Assembly: GCA_946554325.1 (NCBI GenBank) | Contig: CAMNSB010000001.1 | Location: forward strand, 1-63,221 | Direction: 5' to 3' | DNA length: 63,221 bases | DNA from: an uncultured Mycoplasmatota bacterium | GTDB taxonomy: Bacteria > Bacillota_I > Bacilli_A > RF39 > UBA660 | Shown here: positions 47,404 to 56,829 of the stretch, piece after piece | Position numbering within the stretch: position 1 is the first letter of the stretch | Layout of the letters: every line of letters begins with the position of its first letter | The notes under the pieces: model-generated | What the model was told of the DNA's origin: nothing | What the model saw: only the letters and a program-made list of their open reading frames with translations | Database searches by the model: none | Position numbers and translations under genes: made by a program

Positions 47404-47447
47404 TTGCAAGACAGAATCATAATAATCATTTATAGTGAAGAAGCGAG

Positions 47448-47798
47448 GTGAATAAAATTATGTTTTTGATTACAACCAAAGTGAATCAGGGAATTATTTT
47501 TTTACGATTATATGGATCTTTAAATAAGAAAACAATCAAAGAGTTTTCAGAGGAGATTAATTATCTCTTATATGAACAAGGAACTAAAAGATTGGTTATT
47601 AATTTTAATGAAGTGAATATTACAAGTGATGCTATTCTTAGTGTGATTGGCAATAAACTCGTTGAAATTTTCTTAAGTTGTGGTGAAGTGGCATTATGTG
47701 GCCTTAGTCAGGATCGGAAAGATTCTATTGGTACTAGAGGAGAACAATTATTTTTTGTAGATAGTGAGTTAGATGCATTTCGATATTTAAGTTATTAG
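47448..47798 (+). CDS. spoIIAA: STAS-domain anti-sigma-F antagonist (SpoIIAA-like)
   Basis: STAS-like length and pattern. Lies immediately upstream of the sigF-like gene. GTG start. Confidence 0.65.
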   Translation: MNKIMFLITTKVNQGIIFLRLYGSLNKKTIKEFSEEINYLLYEQGTKRLVINFNEVNITSDAILSVIGNKLVEIFLSCGEVALCGLSQDRKDSIGTRGEQLFFVDSELDAFRYLSY

Positions 47799-47806
47799 GA
47801 GGAAAA

Positions 47807-48442
47807 ATGGACGACATACTAGAATACGAAAATTTAGTTTGGAGTATTGTTATGAAGTATGGTGGTTATTTTGATAAAGATGATTTATATCAAGTAGGAA
47901 TGATGGGACTTATTTCTGCATATCAGCATTTTGATAAGACAAAAGGTGTAAAATTTTCTACTTATGCTTATCAATATATATTTGGAGAAGTTCATAAGTA
48001 TGTTTCGGAAAGTAGAGTAGTTCGAGTGAGTCGCGATATGCAAAAATTAAATCGTTCTATTGAACAAGGACGGGATGTTCTAAGACAAACTCTAATGCGA
48101 GAACCGAGTGACTTTGAGCTTTCTACCTTTTTAGAAATTGATGAGAAAACATTAATAGAAGCGAAAGCTTCAGGTGAGATGATAAAAAGCTTGGATTCCA
48201 TGACGAACGATGATATCAATTTATATGACCATTTAGGTTGTGAAGAAAAACAATTGACCTCAGAAATATTGGATTTAAAAACGGAACTTGCCTCTTTAGA
48301 TACAGATGAGCAAAGATTAATCTACAGTCGATATTTTATGGATTTAACACAACAAGAAGTGTCCCGTGATTTAGGGATTTCTCAGGTGCAGGTTTCTAGA
48401 AAGGAGAGTAAAACATTAAATAAATTGAAGACGAGACTGTAA
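47807..48442 (+). CDS. sigF: Sporulation sigma factor, SigF-like
   Basis: Region 2 DLYQVGMMGLISAYQHFD...FSTYAYQYIFGEV and region 4 GISQVQVSRKESK. The spoVA genes lie downstream, as in Bacillus. Confidence 0.8.
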   Translation: MDDILEYENLVWSIVMKYGGYFDKDDLYQVGMMGLISAYQHFDKTKGVKFSTYAYQYIFGEVHKYVSESRVVRVSRDMQKLNRSIEQGRDVLRQTLMREPSDFELSTFLEIDEKTLIEAKASGEMIKSLDSMTNDDINLYDHLGCEEKQLTSEILDLKTELASLDTDEQRLIYSRYFMDLTQQEVSRDLGISQVQVSRKESKTLNKLKTRL

Positions 48443-48469
48443 GGAAAATGAAAAATTTTTCCTTTTTTT
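48441..48469 (+). terminator. Intrinsic terminator after sigF
   Basis: AAGGAAAA ... TTTTCCTT stem followed by a T-run. Confidence 0.7.
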
Positions 48470-48501
48470 GTATAAAAGAAGAAATTTGTTGAACACTAGT
48501 A

Positions 48502-48957
48502 ATGGTGATAAAAATGGTAAATAAAAAATATGAGAAAGTAGTGAGCCAGCATAAGCCAAAAGAAGAACGTGGAATGCATGCAGTTATTGCGTTTATTGTA
48601 GGTGGTCTTGTTGGAGTTTTAGGGGAGATACTAATACAAGTTTTTTGTCAGAAATTTCATATATCTAGAAGTGAAGCTTCTGTATTTATGATGATTACAT
48701 TAATCTTTATTGCTTCCCTTTGTACGGCTTTAGGATTTTTTGACAATTTAGTTAATTTTGCACGGTGTGGTCTTTTGATTCCCATTACAGGGTTTGCTCA
48801 TTCTATGACTTCTGCTGCCATTGACTATCGTAAGGAAGGTCCAATCTTCGGCCTTGGTAGTAATATTTTTAAACTGGCTGGGTCTGTTATTTTATATGGG
48901 GTAGTTTCTGCTTGGTTTTTTGGAATAATACGTCTTTTAATTGGAGGTGGAGCATGA
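48502..48957 (+). CDS. spoVAC: Stage V sporulation protein AC
   Basis: Membrane protein with the pattern AFIVGGLVGVLGE. Conserved spoVAC-AD-AE order. Confidence 0.85.
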   Translation: MVIKMVNKKYEKVVSQHKPKEERGMHAVIAFIVGGLVGVLGEILIQVFCQKFHISRSEASVFMMITLIFIASLCTALGFFDNLVNFARCGLLIPITGFAHSMTSAAIDYRKEGPIFGLGSNIFKLAGSVILYGVVSAWFFGIIRLLIGGGA

Positions 48958-49949
48958 GTTCTAAATATAAAAATGTTTATTTGCAAGAGACAGCAACTGT
49001 AGTGGGTCCCTATGAAAAAGAAGGACCATTAAGCAAGTATTTTGATAAGAAGTATGATGACTTATATTGTGGTGCTGATTCATGGGAAAAGGCGGAAGTA
49101 AAAATATTGCAGGAAAGCCTTACTATGTTACTTAAGAAAAAGGGGATAAAAAAAGATAAAATTGATTTGGTGATTTCTGGGGATTTACTTAATCAGATTA
49201 CGTCATCTAGTTATGCTGGTAGTCCTTTTAATGCACCATTTTTAGGTATTTATAGTGCTTGTGCTACTAGTATGGAAGCGATGATACTTGCCTCTACTTT
49301 TATAGATTCTAAGAGAGCAAAGAATGTAGTTATTGCTACTAGTTCTCATAATATGTCTAGTGAAAAGCAATTTCGCAATCCTACAGAATATGGGGCACCT
49401 AAACCAATGACAGCTACTTTTACAGCAACTGGTGGGGCATCAGCATTACTTTCTTCAGAAAAAAGCCCTATTCGAGTGGAGTCAGGGACGATTGGAAGAA
49501 TTATTGATTATAATCAAACGGATCCATTTAATATGGGTGCTGTTATGGCAGGGGCTGCAGCAGATACTATCTATAGACATTTAACGGATATGAAAAGAGA
49601 TGCTAGTTACTATGATCTTATTTTAACTGGGGATCTTGGAAAATATGGAAAAGAGATATTAAAAGAATATATGATGGAAGAATATAAAATTGATTTAAGT
49701 AAAAACTATAATGATTGTGGTGTTATTTTATATGATACTGAAAGACAAACACAAGTACAAGCTGGAGGATCTGGTCCTGTATGTAGTGCACTCGTTAATT
49801 TTACTATGGTCATTGATAAGTTAAAAAAGAAAGAATTAAAAAGAGTTCTATTAGTGGCAACTGGAGCCCTTTTCTCGCCAACATTCGTTTATCAAAAGGA
49901 AAATATTTTGAGTATTGCTCATGCAGTTAGTTTGGAGGTGGCGGAATGA
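48954..49949 (+). CDS. spoVAD: Stage V sporulation protein AD
   Basis: Thiolase-like fold protein (GIYSACATS). ATGA overlap with spoVAC. Confidence 0.88.
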   Translation: MSSKYKNVYLQETATVVGPYEKEGPLSKYFDKKYDDLYCGADSWEKAEVKILQESLTMLLKKKGIKKDKIDLVISGDLLNQITSSSYAGSPFNAPFLGIYSACATSMEAMILASTFIDSKRAKNVVIATSSHNMSSEKQFRNPTEYGAPKPMTATFTATGGASALLSSEKSPIRVESGTIGRIIDYNQTDPFNMGAVMAGAAADTIYRHLTDMKRDASYYDLILTGDLGKYGKEILKEYMMEEYKIDLSKNYNDCGVILYDTERQTQVQAGGSGPVCSALVNFTMVIDKLKKKELKRVLLVATGALFSPTFVYQKENILSIAHAVSLEVAE

Positions 49950-50296
49950 TTTTTCTATATTCATTTTTATTCGCAGGACTTATCTGTATGATTTCTCAGA
50001 TTATTTTAGATAATACTAAGTTAACTCCAGGACATATTACAAGTATTTTGGTAGTTGTGGGGGCAGCCCTTGATACGTTTAGTATTTATGATAAAATTGT
50101 TGAAGTCGTTGGTGGAGGTGCGATGGTTCCTATTACTAGTTTTGGTCATTTATTAATTCATGGTGCTCTTGCTAAGGTGGATGTGATGGGACCTATCGGT
50201 ATTGTTATGGGAATGTTTGATCTTACTGCTTCTGGTATTACAGCTGCTATCGTCTTTTCTTTCATCTTCTCTTTATTTTTTAAACCTAAAAATTAA
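49946..50296 (+). CDS. spoVAE: Stage V sporulation protein AE (AEB)
   Basis: 116-aa membrane protein. ATGA overlap with spoVAD. Confidence 0.85.
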   Translation: MIFLYSFLFAGLICMISQIILDNTKLTPGHITSILVVVGAALDTFSIYDKIVEVVGGGAMVPITSFGHLLIHGALAKVDVMGPIGIVMGMFDLTASGITAAIVFSFIFSLFFKPKN

Positions 50297-50327
50297 TAAA
50301 AAACTTTCCTTGCATTGAGGAAAGTTT

Positions 50328-50639
50328 TTAACTGTTTTTTGAAAGTATGATGATTTCATCCATAGAGTCATCTTTTGCTACAATATTTTTATGATGTTCT
50401 CGGCACTTTTTACATTGATATAAAATTTTATAAGTATCTTTGAACTTTTCAATTCCAATCGGTTTTAGTAATCCCTTACATGTGTTTTTTCTATCTCCTG
50501 GGTTTTTATCTACATGTTTTGAATAAAGACAAAAAGGACAATGATCTCTTGCTGTATAGTGTAGTGCTTTTACTTCTTTACCACAATTTTCGCAAGTGAA
50601 ATCTTCATCTATCATATGGAATTTTTTCATCTTCATCAC
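50328..50639 (-). CDS. RNHCP-domain zinc-ribbon protein
   Basis: CENCG...RDHCPFCLYSKHVD...GDR..C.G motifs. Confidence 0.7.
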   Translation of the reverse strand: MMKMKKFHMIDEDFTCENCGKEVKALHYTARDHCPFCLYSKHVDKNPGDRKNTCKGLLKPIGIEKFKDTYKILYQCKKCREHHKNIVAKDDSMDEIIILSKNS

Positions 50640-50786
50640 CTAGAAAAATTGTATCAAATTGTTGATACTATGTCTATAGAGATGATATACTTATTTTGTT
50701 AGTTATAAAAATAGAGAAAGAGATGATAGAAAATAGATATATTAAGAAATATTGGTGCTATCATATTTTATATATTATTCTTTGTT

Positions 50787-51188
50787 ATGATCCTTTTTTA
50801 TTTTCATAATAGATTAAAATATGGAAAAGACTATCAAAAAATTAAAAGAAGTTTTTATAGAAGAAAGATATATCAAAATTTATTAAAAGTTACTAGAATT
50901 ATTGCTACTATACTTTCATCCATCATTGGTATCTACTTCTTCATTACCATTGTATTACATGCTATATTTTTTTTTATGTCTATTATTACAGTAGGTGGAG
51001 CTGCCTATGTTGATACTCATGGTGACCCCATTTTTTATAATTTTTTAGCGACTAGTTGTAGTATTTGTTTGAGTGGTTTTAAGTATGTTCAATTTCTAAT
51101 ATATGCATTATATATACCTGTATATCTTTTCTTGCTAAGACATATATATGTTTATTATCTAAGTTATCAAGCATTGAAAAATAAATAA
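50787..51188 (+). CDS. Hypothetical membrane protein
   Basis: Hydrophobic segments only. Confidence 0.4.
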   Translation: MILFYFHNRLKYGKDYQKIKRSFYRRKIYQNLLKVTRIIATILSSIIGIYFFITIVLHAIFFFMSIITVGGAAYVDTHGDPIFYNFLATSCSICLSGFKYVQFLIYALYIPVYLFLLRHIYVYYLSYQALKNK

Positions 51189-51288
51189 GAACTTAATATG
51201 AGAAGAAAAGTAATACCATTATTTATTATTCTAATGCTACAATAAAGTTTTGTTTTATGATACAATGTTATAGTCAGGATGTGATAAT

Positions 51289-52002
51289 ATGAACTTAGAT
51301 ATTCGGATTTCGGAATTTGAAGGGCCTCTTGATTTACTTCTACATTTAATTAAAGAAAGTAAAATGGATATTTTGACTATAGAAATTGAAAGTATTACAG
51401 AGCAGTATTTAAAATATATTGAGAGTCAAGAAAAATTAAATTTAGAGGTTGCTAGTGAATACTTGGTTATGGCTTCAGAACTTATTGAGATGAAGTCTCG
51501 AATGATTCTTCCTAAAACAGATGGAGAGGAAAAAGAAGAAGAGGATGATCCGAGGGAGGAGCTTATTGGAAGACTTTTAGAATATCAAGCTTATAAAGAA
51601 ATTACGAAGGCATTAAAAGAAAGAGAAGAAGATAGACAACATTTTTATACTAAAATACCTGAAGATTATTCACAGTTTAGAGAGAAAGAGGATACTTTGG
51701 AGGGGGATGTTAGTATTGATGACTTGGTGGATGCTTTTAAAAAGTATTTACAGCGAAAAAAAGAAATGAAACCTCTTTCTACGAAAGTTACGGTGAAGGA
51801 GATTTCAGTTTCTTCTAGGAGACATGATATTAAAAGAATTTTAGGAGAGAAAAAGAGAGTTTCTTTTTTTGAACTTTTTCCAGAGGTATCTTGTGAGTAT
51901 GTAGTTGCAACTTTTCTTGCTATATTAGAAATGGCAAAGAGTAAGGAACTTAAGATTTTACAGAAAGATACATTTGATGACATAATATGTGAGGTGGCAT
52001 AA
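51289..52002 (+). CDS. scpA: Segregation and condensation protein A
   Basis: FEGPLDLLLHLI motif. Confidence 0.92.
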   Translation: MNLDIRISEFEGPLDLLLHLIKESKMDILTIEIESITEQYLKYIESQEKLNLEVASEYLVMASELIEMKSRMILPKTDGEEKEEEDDPREELIGRLLEYQAYKEITKALKEREEDRQHFYTKIPEDYSQFREKEDTLEGDVSIDDLVDAFKKYLQRKKEMKPLSTKVTVKEISVSSRRHDIKRILGEKKRVSFFELFPEVSCEYVVATFLAILEMAKSKELKILQKDTFDDIICEVA

Positions 52003-52577
52003 TGAATTTAATGGCAGTGTTAGAGGGACTTTTATTTGTAGTGGGGGAAGAAGGTCTTACTTTGGAGCAGATTGAGAAGACATTAGATGTTAGTGAAGAG
52101 GAATCCAAAAATTTGGTGCGTACTTTAAAAAGTGAATATGAGTCAGATAATAGGGGACTACGTATTGATTTTTTGGGGAATAAGTTTAAGATTACTACTA
52201 AGTTCGAGCATCGTGATTTTTATCAGAAATTAATTCAAAATCCTGAAACGAATACTTTGAGTCAAGCAGCATTGGAAACGCTTGCCATTATTGCTTATAA
52301 TGAACCTATTACTAGAATGCAAGTGGATAAGCTTCGAGGGGTTACTACGAATCAGATTATTAGAAAACTAGTTGCAAAGGGACTTATTAAAGAAACTGGA
52401 CGAAGTAATTTACCAGGTAGGCCTATTTTATATGAGACTACTAATGAGTTTTTAGACTATTTTGGTCTTGCTACTATTGAAGATTTGCCAGATATGAGAG
52501 AGTTTTTAGAAGAGGAAAGTGGAGAGGGTGAAGAATCCGATTTATATCAATCGAAATATAAGGAGATGGAAGAGTAG
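52002..52577 (+). CDS. scpB: Segregation and condensation protein B
   Basis: LEGLLFVVGEEGL...LETLAIIAYNEPITR pattern. Confidence 0.92.
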   Translation: MNLMAVLEGLLFVVGEEGLTLEQIEKTLDVSEEESKNLVRTLKSEYESDNRGLRIDFLGNKFKITTKFEHRDFYQKLIQNPETNTLSQAALETLAIIAYNEPITRMQVDKLRGVTTNQIIRKLVAKGLIKETGRSNLPGRPILYETTNEFLDYFGLATIEDLPDMREFLEEESGEGEESDLYQSKYKEMEE

Positions 52578-52585
52578 GTGTTTAG

Positions 52586-52906
52586 ATGTATCATTATTTG
52601 AAAGATTATATTCAAAAAATAGATGATTTCTTGGACAGTAGTTATAAAATAGAACCAGTTATTGTAGAACAGCATTTGGTTAAAATTCATTTTTTTCAGC
52701 ATGAAAGACAGATTCATCTCTATGTTACTATTGCTTATGCTTTGTTTTTATTAATCAGTATATTTTTTGCATTTTTACATCCTTTTTTGTTTATCATTTC
52801 TATTATTTTAATTTGTTTTTTAATTCCTTATGTTATTCATTATTTTCATTTGGAAAATGGGGTGCAATATTTATACAAACAGTATGATAAAATGATAGAA
52901 AAATGA
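52586..52906 (+). CDS. Small membrane protein
   Basis: Two TM helices. Follows scpB. Confidence 0.5.
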   Translation: MYHYLKDYIQKIDDFLDSSYKIEPVIVEQHLVKIHFFQHERQIHLYVTIAYALFLLISIFFAFLHPFLFIISIILICFLIPYVIHYFHLENGVQYLYKQYDKMIEK

Positions 52907-52991
52907 TTTAAGACATTTCACAAATGATAAAATTTTAATTATTTTCTATCGCATATTTAGTAAAGGTGTGTTATACTTTTACTTGTAGATT

Positions 52992-53030
52992 GCCTGCGTG
53001 GTGGAATGGTAGACGCGTTGGACTCAAAAA
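52992..53030 (+). pseudogene. tRNA-Leu(CAA) 5' half only (acceptor strand, D arm, 5' anticodon stem and loop); the 3' half is missing
   Basis: GCCTGCG-TG-GTGGAATGGTAGACGC-G-TTGGA-CTCAAAA. The next bases are ACCGA instead of TCCAA, and no T arm or acceptor 3' strand follows. An extended -10 TGtTATACT lies at 52969-52977. Confidence 0.7.
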
Positions 53031-53291
53031 CCGACGTGCTTGATTCAAAATCTGTCTTAATTAAAATCGTATAAAAGTTAGTAAATACAAGGGATTGTTG
53101 TTATATTGACATTCTCTTTTTTGTTGCTTAGAAGTTGTTTATGTGGGGAATTAGGTGGGATTGTTTCAAAGATATTCATACTTAATTAAGTTAATTCAAA
53201 AATGCTTTGAATAGTTGAAATAGTATTAGTATCCTTAATCAAATATCAATTAGCTATTTCTCTCATTATAATATGAAAGGAGAACTTAGAT

Positions 53292-53615
53292 ATGAATTTA
53301 TACGAAGCAGTAAGCAAAAACATCAAAGCAAATAATGATTTGGTAGAGAACTTAGAACAAATGAAGAAGGAATATGAGGTATATATAACCAAACAAAAAG
53401 AATTATATCTACAGATTATTGATGTATGTCCTGAATTTAAAGAGGAAGATAATAATGACTTAGATTTTTTGGGATACTTATTTAAAAATATTTATCTTTA
53501 TAGTGTTGAACCAATTACTCCATTAAATGTCTTTCTTATTTCAAAGGGATATAAGGACAAAACTGATGACTTTGATAAATTAGTCGAACTACTTATTAGT
53601 TATCTAACTATTTAA
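53292..53615 (+). CDS. Hypothetical protein
   Basis: AAAGGAG RBS. No motif recognised. Confidence 0.45.
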   Translation: MNLYEAVSKNIKANNDLVENLEQMKKEYEVYITKQKELYLQIIDVCPEFKEEDNNDLDFLGYLFKNIYLYSVEPITPLNVFLISKGYKDKTDDFDKLVELLISYLTI

Positions 53616-53718
53616 TCATTATTCAATGTGCTATCGGCACATTTTTTTTGGAACTTTTGCGAATGGGATTGTAATTAACGAAAATCTGTTTTACATATAA
53701 AATGGAGGTAGTTAATTT

Positions 53719-54333
53719 ATGACAAAAGAAAACAAAGACATTGATGATTTAGGACAACAAGTAAAGGTTGTTTATGAAGAAGATATACCTAAAATGGTAA
53801 AAGTATTAAGTAATGGAGTATGGTTAGAACAAGTTCCCCCACTATTTATTGAATTATTAAGTAGTAGTAAAAGAAGAACTATTGAAACAATTAAATATGC
53901 ACCAAATATCTATTTCCAACTAAAACAAGAGTTTCAAATCGATAAACAAATTATAAAATCAACTATTCGATCATTTGAACATCATAATAAAATTGATGAA
54001 ATAATTACAGGTGCAATTCCACTTATAAGAAGAACCGATTTTACTATTGAAGAAAGAAATATTGATATTGAAGATTATTATAAAAGAAATTATATTAAGC
54101 ATTATGCGAACCTTATTGTAGATAATATTGCAACCACTTATTATGCATTCGGTAATAATCACAATATGACATATAGTGAAATATTCTCATCATCAGAAGA
54201 TTCCTTCTATCTTACAGAAGAAGAAAATAACATCATAAATAAGTTAGTCAATGATAAATTGAGAGGTAAATACAAATTGAAGATTACTTCAAAAGATAGT
54301 GATAGCATTTTACAACTTCAAAAGGTTAAATGA
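53719..54333 (+). CDS. Hypothetical protein
   Basis: GGAGG RBS. No motif recognised. Confidence 0.45.
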   Translation: MTKENKDIDDLGQQVKVVYEEDIPKMVKVLSNGVWLEQVPPLFIELLSSSKRRTIETIKYAPNIYFQLKQEFQIDKQIIKSTIRSFEHHNKIDEIITGAIPLIRRTDFTIEERNIDIEDYYKRNYIKHYANLIVDNIATTYYAFGNNHNMTYSEIFSSSEDSFYLTEEENNIINKLVNDKLRGKYKLKITSKDSDSILQLQKVK

Positions 54334-54512
54334 GCAATGCTAAAACTACATTATCAAAAGAAATTTTGTTTTTTGGCCTAAACAGGGTTGTAATCATATT
54401 TTTTATATGGTACATTAGTTTCAGTAGTCTACTGGTAGGCTATATTACCAGCATTTCAGCACAGAATAATCAACTTATGTACGAGAGGATAACTCATGAA
54501 AAAGCATTATAA
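54330..54512 (+). CDS. Small membrane protein
   Basis: ATGA overlap with the upstream gene. One to two TM helices. Confidence 0.4.
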   Translation: MSNAKTTLSKEILFFGLNRVVIIFFIWYISFSSLLVGYITSISAQNNQLMYERITHEKAL

Positions 54513-55060
54513 AGAAGAAATCAAAGAAAACTAATAACACGAAGCAAAAAATTAAAAGAAAGAGAAATAACACTACTAAAATTAAAACAAAGAAGAAGAA
54601 AACTAAGAGAAAGAAAAGTAAGAAGAGCAGAGATTTATTAAATTATTAAATTAAACTAGTTAGAAAGGTAAAACTACTAGTACCAATCAAAGATGTTTGA
54701 GAAAGTAAAGACTACAATCCTCATACACAGGTATAAGAAACACGAGTCGGTGTAATCCTTATTCCGAATTGGTAGAATCGACCATATATTTACAATTAAA
54801 TAGTAACAAGGAGTCAGTACAGTTTATTAGTACTTCCTCCTGTTATAGTAGATACACAATTATATCCTCTATCCTTTAATGGTACGAGGATATTTTATAT
54901 ACCCATTAACTAATTAAAATATCATAGTTTGATAAATGGTTCACACTTTGTAAAAGTTAATTAGTTGTGTGGTTTATACTACTTATCCATTTAAGACCTC
55001 ACAATTGGTCTAAAATTGGTTAATAACTTGGTAATCTTTAAAAGATACATTTACAATTTT

Positions 55061-55405
55061 ATGAAAGGACTTATTCCAATGAAATCATGGTTTATACAAT
55101 TTGAAAATAAGATAAACAAAACAAGAATGACAATTTATAACAATGGTATAGTTTATGGAACAGAACGAAATGAGAAACTCTTTATTCTCTCTTCCACTTG
55201 TATAGAACAACTAAAAGATATTATCAATGAGAATATGTATATGTTTAAAACATTAGAATATCAAAACGAAGGACGTTCTCCTATAGTATTAAGAGTAAAT
55301 GATACTAGTAGGAAACATAGAAACATTAAAATTGTTGGTTGGAGTCAAACGGAAAGACTTCTAAACATAATTATGGATGAAAACAATCATATTAAGAACT
55401 TTTAA
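55061..55405 (+). CDS. Hypothetical protein
   Basis: Start ambiguous (ATG at 55061 or 55079). No motif recognised. Confidence 0.4.
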   Translation: MKGLIPMKSWFIQFENKINKTRMTIYNNGIVYGTERNEKLFILSSTCIEQLKDIINENMYMFKTLEYQNEGRSPIVLRVNDTSRKHRNIKIVGWSQTERLLNIIMDENNHIKNF

Positions 55406-55532
55406 TTAGGGTCTTGTATCTAATTTCAGATTGTGGTTATCTATAATTAGCAATCGTTTTTCCAAACAAAAAAGAAATATATAATACTATATAACATAGA
55501 TACTTTATGTTTATATAATAAGATATATTTCT

Positions 55533-55913
55533 CTACTTATGATCCATTAAACCCTTTACATATGCTTCTACTAATTTCTGTTTATCCTTAGGTAAAGAAG
55601 AAATGTTATTTATTAGTATGCTTAATTCAGAATCCTTACTCAATGAATTAAGTTTTTCTATTGGTAAAGGATTATCAGTTCTACCCAAAAGAAAATCTAT
55701 ATTACAATTTAAGAAATTGGCTATTGATACAAGGTTCGTAACACTAGGAAGCTTATTTCCATTTATGTAAGAATTGATGGATGAATCACTTATACAGGCG
55801 TTCATTGCTAATTTAGTTACCGAGTAATCTTTGGAGTCAATTAACTTCTTCATGTTACTCATGTTTATAGTCTCTCTTACTGCATCATAATGTTCTGTAT
55901 TATTGATAATCAC
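55533..55913 (-). CDS. XRE/cI-like HTH repressor
   Basis: YSVTKLAMNACISDSSINSYINGNKLPSVTNLVSIANFLNCNIDFLLGRTD. The GTG start follows a GAGGTG RBS. Divergent from 56021..58438. Confidence 0.8.
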   Translation of the reverse strand: MIINNTEHYDAVRETINMSNMKKLIDSKDYSVTKLAMNACISDSSINSYINGNKLPSVTNLVSIANFLNCNIDFLLGRTDNPLPIEKLNSLSKDSELSILINNISSLPKDKQKLVEAYVKGLMDHK

Positions 55914-56020
55914 TTATATCACCTCAATATAATTTTAACAACTAGAAAGCAAAATAAATTGCACTGGAGGTATTGTCTAAACTACTTCAAGTATGATATT
56001 ATTAACTTGAGGTGGTAGCG

Positions 56021-56827
56021 ATGAAAATACAAATGTATAGTCCTATCAAAGAAGAAGCAGGCGTTATAATGGCTTTTTCCAAGTTGCATGAGGAGTTAGG
56101 ATTTCCTAAACTTGTTCCTTCCTCTGCACGAGGCTTTGATATTGACGATATTGAGTACAAAGGTAAAAGAGTAACAGTCGAGTTTGAGTATCTATCAGAA
56201 AACTTTATTAGTCATGGTCATATAGAACAAATGAAAGATGGGAGAAATTATGTCTTAGTTTGTTATGAAGACAATTGTAGTATTCTACAGAAATTACGAG
56301 AGATTTATAATAAGACTAACCTAGAAGTAATTGAGTTAAAGAACTATATTGAAATAAAACCAGATATTATTTCAGATGATGAAGATTCAATAGAATACAT
56401 TGTACTAAACTATAATCCATATATGGCAGGACTTCCTATTGATTCTTGGAAATCAGCTAACGTATATGGTATCAATGCACAATTTTCAAACAATCATATT
56501 ACCGCTGGTAGTAAGATCTTATTTAAGCAAGGAGACTTTATTGTTGCTAGATGTGAAGTAGTAAAATATGAAACCTACGAAACTCCACAAAACGATAACG
56601 AATGGCGATTACTTCAAAATTTATATAACTATCCTTTAGGTTTATATAATTTAACATTAGAGGAAGTAAAAGAAAATATGGCACATGGTTATATATTCTA
56701 TGACTCCTTTACTACATTTGATGAAAGAAAGGTCTCATTTAGTAAAGCATTACCAAACAGAAATATGGGACATCAAGGTATGATAAAAATAACAAGAGAA
56801 GACTATTATAAGTTGATGGGGTATTAG
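56021..56827 (+). CDS. Hypothetical two-domain protein: N-terminal PD-(D/E)xK-like nuclease fold + C-terminal PUA-like (EVE/ASCH-like) domain
   Basis: GFDIDD...KRVTVEFEYLSENFISHGH...VLVCYEDN resembles a restriction-endonuclease-like core. IVLNYNP...KQGDFIVARCEVV resembles PUA-like domains. By-eye inference only. Confidence 0.4.
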   Translation: MKIQMYSPIKEEAGVIMAFSKLHEELGFPKLVPSSARGFDIDDIEYKGKRVTVEFEYLSENFISHGHIEQMKDGRNYVLVCYEDNCSILQKLREIYNKTNLEVIELKNYIEIKPDIISDDEDSIEYIVLNYNPYMAGLPIDSWKSANVYGINAQFSNNHITAGSKILFKQGDFIVARCEVVKYETYETPQNDNEWRLLQNLYNYPLGLYNLTLEEVKENMAHGYIFYDSFTTFDERKVSFSKALPNRNMGHQGMIKITREDYYKLMGY

Positions 56828-56829
56828 AT

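Noticed and set aside
48470-48501. Sigma-G/F-type forespore promoter upstream of spoVAC (GTATA ... CACTAGTA)
   Set aside because: The -35-like GTATA is present, but the spacing (about 19 nt) and the -10 match are poor. This is not enough to call a promoter.
52992-53075. Annotating a complete tRNA-Leu gene
   Set aside because: Only the 5' half folds. The 3' strand of the anticodon stem, the variable arm, the T arm and the acceptor 3' strand are all absent from the following 200 nt.
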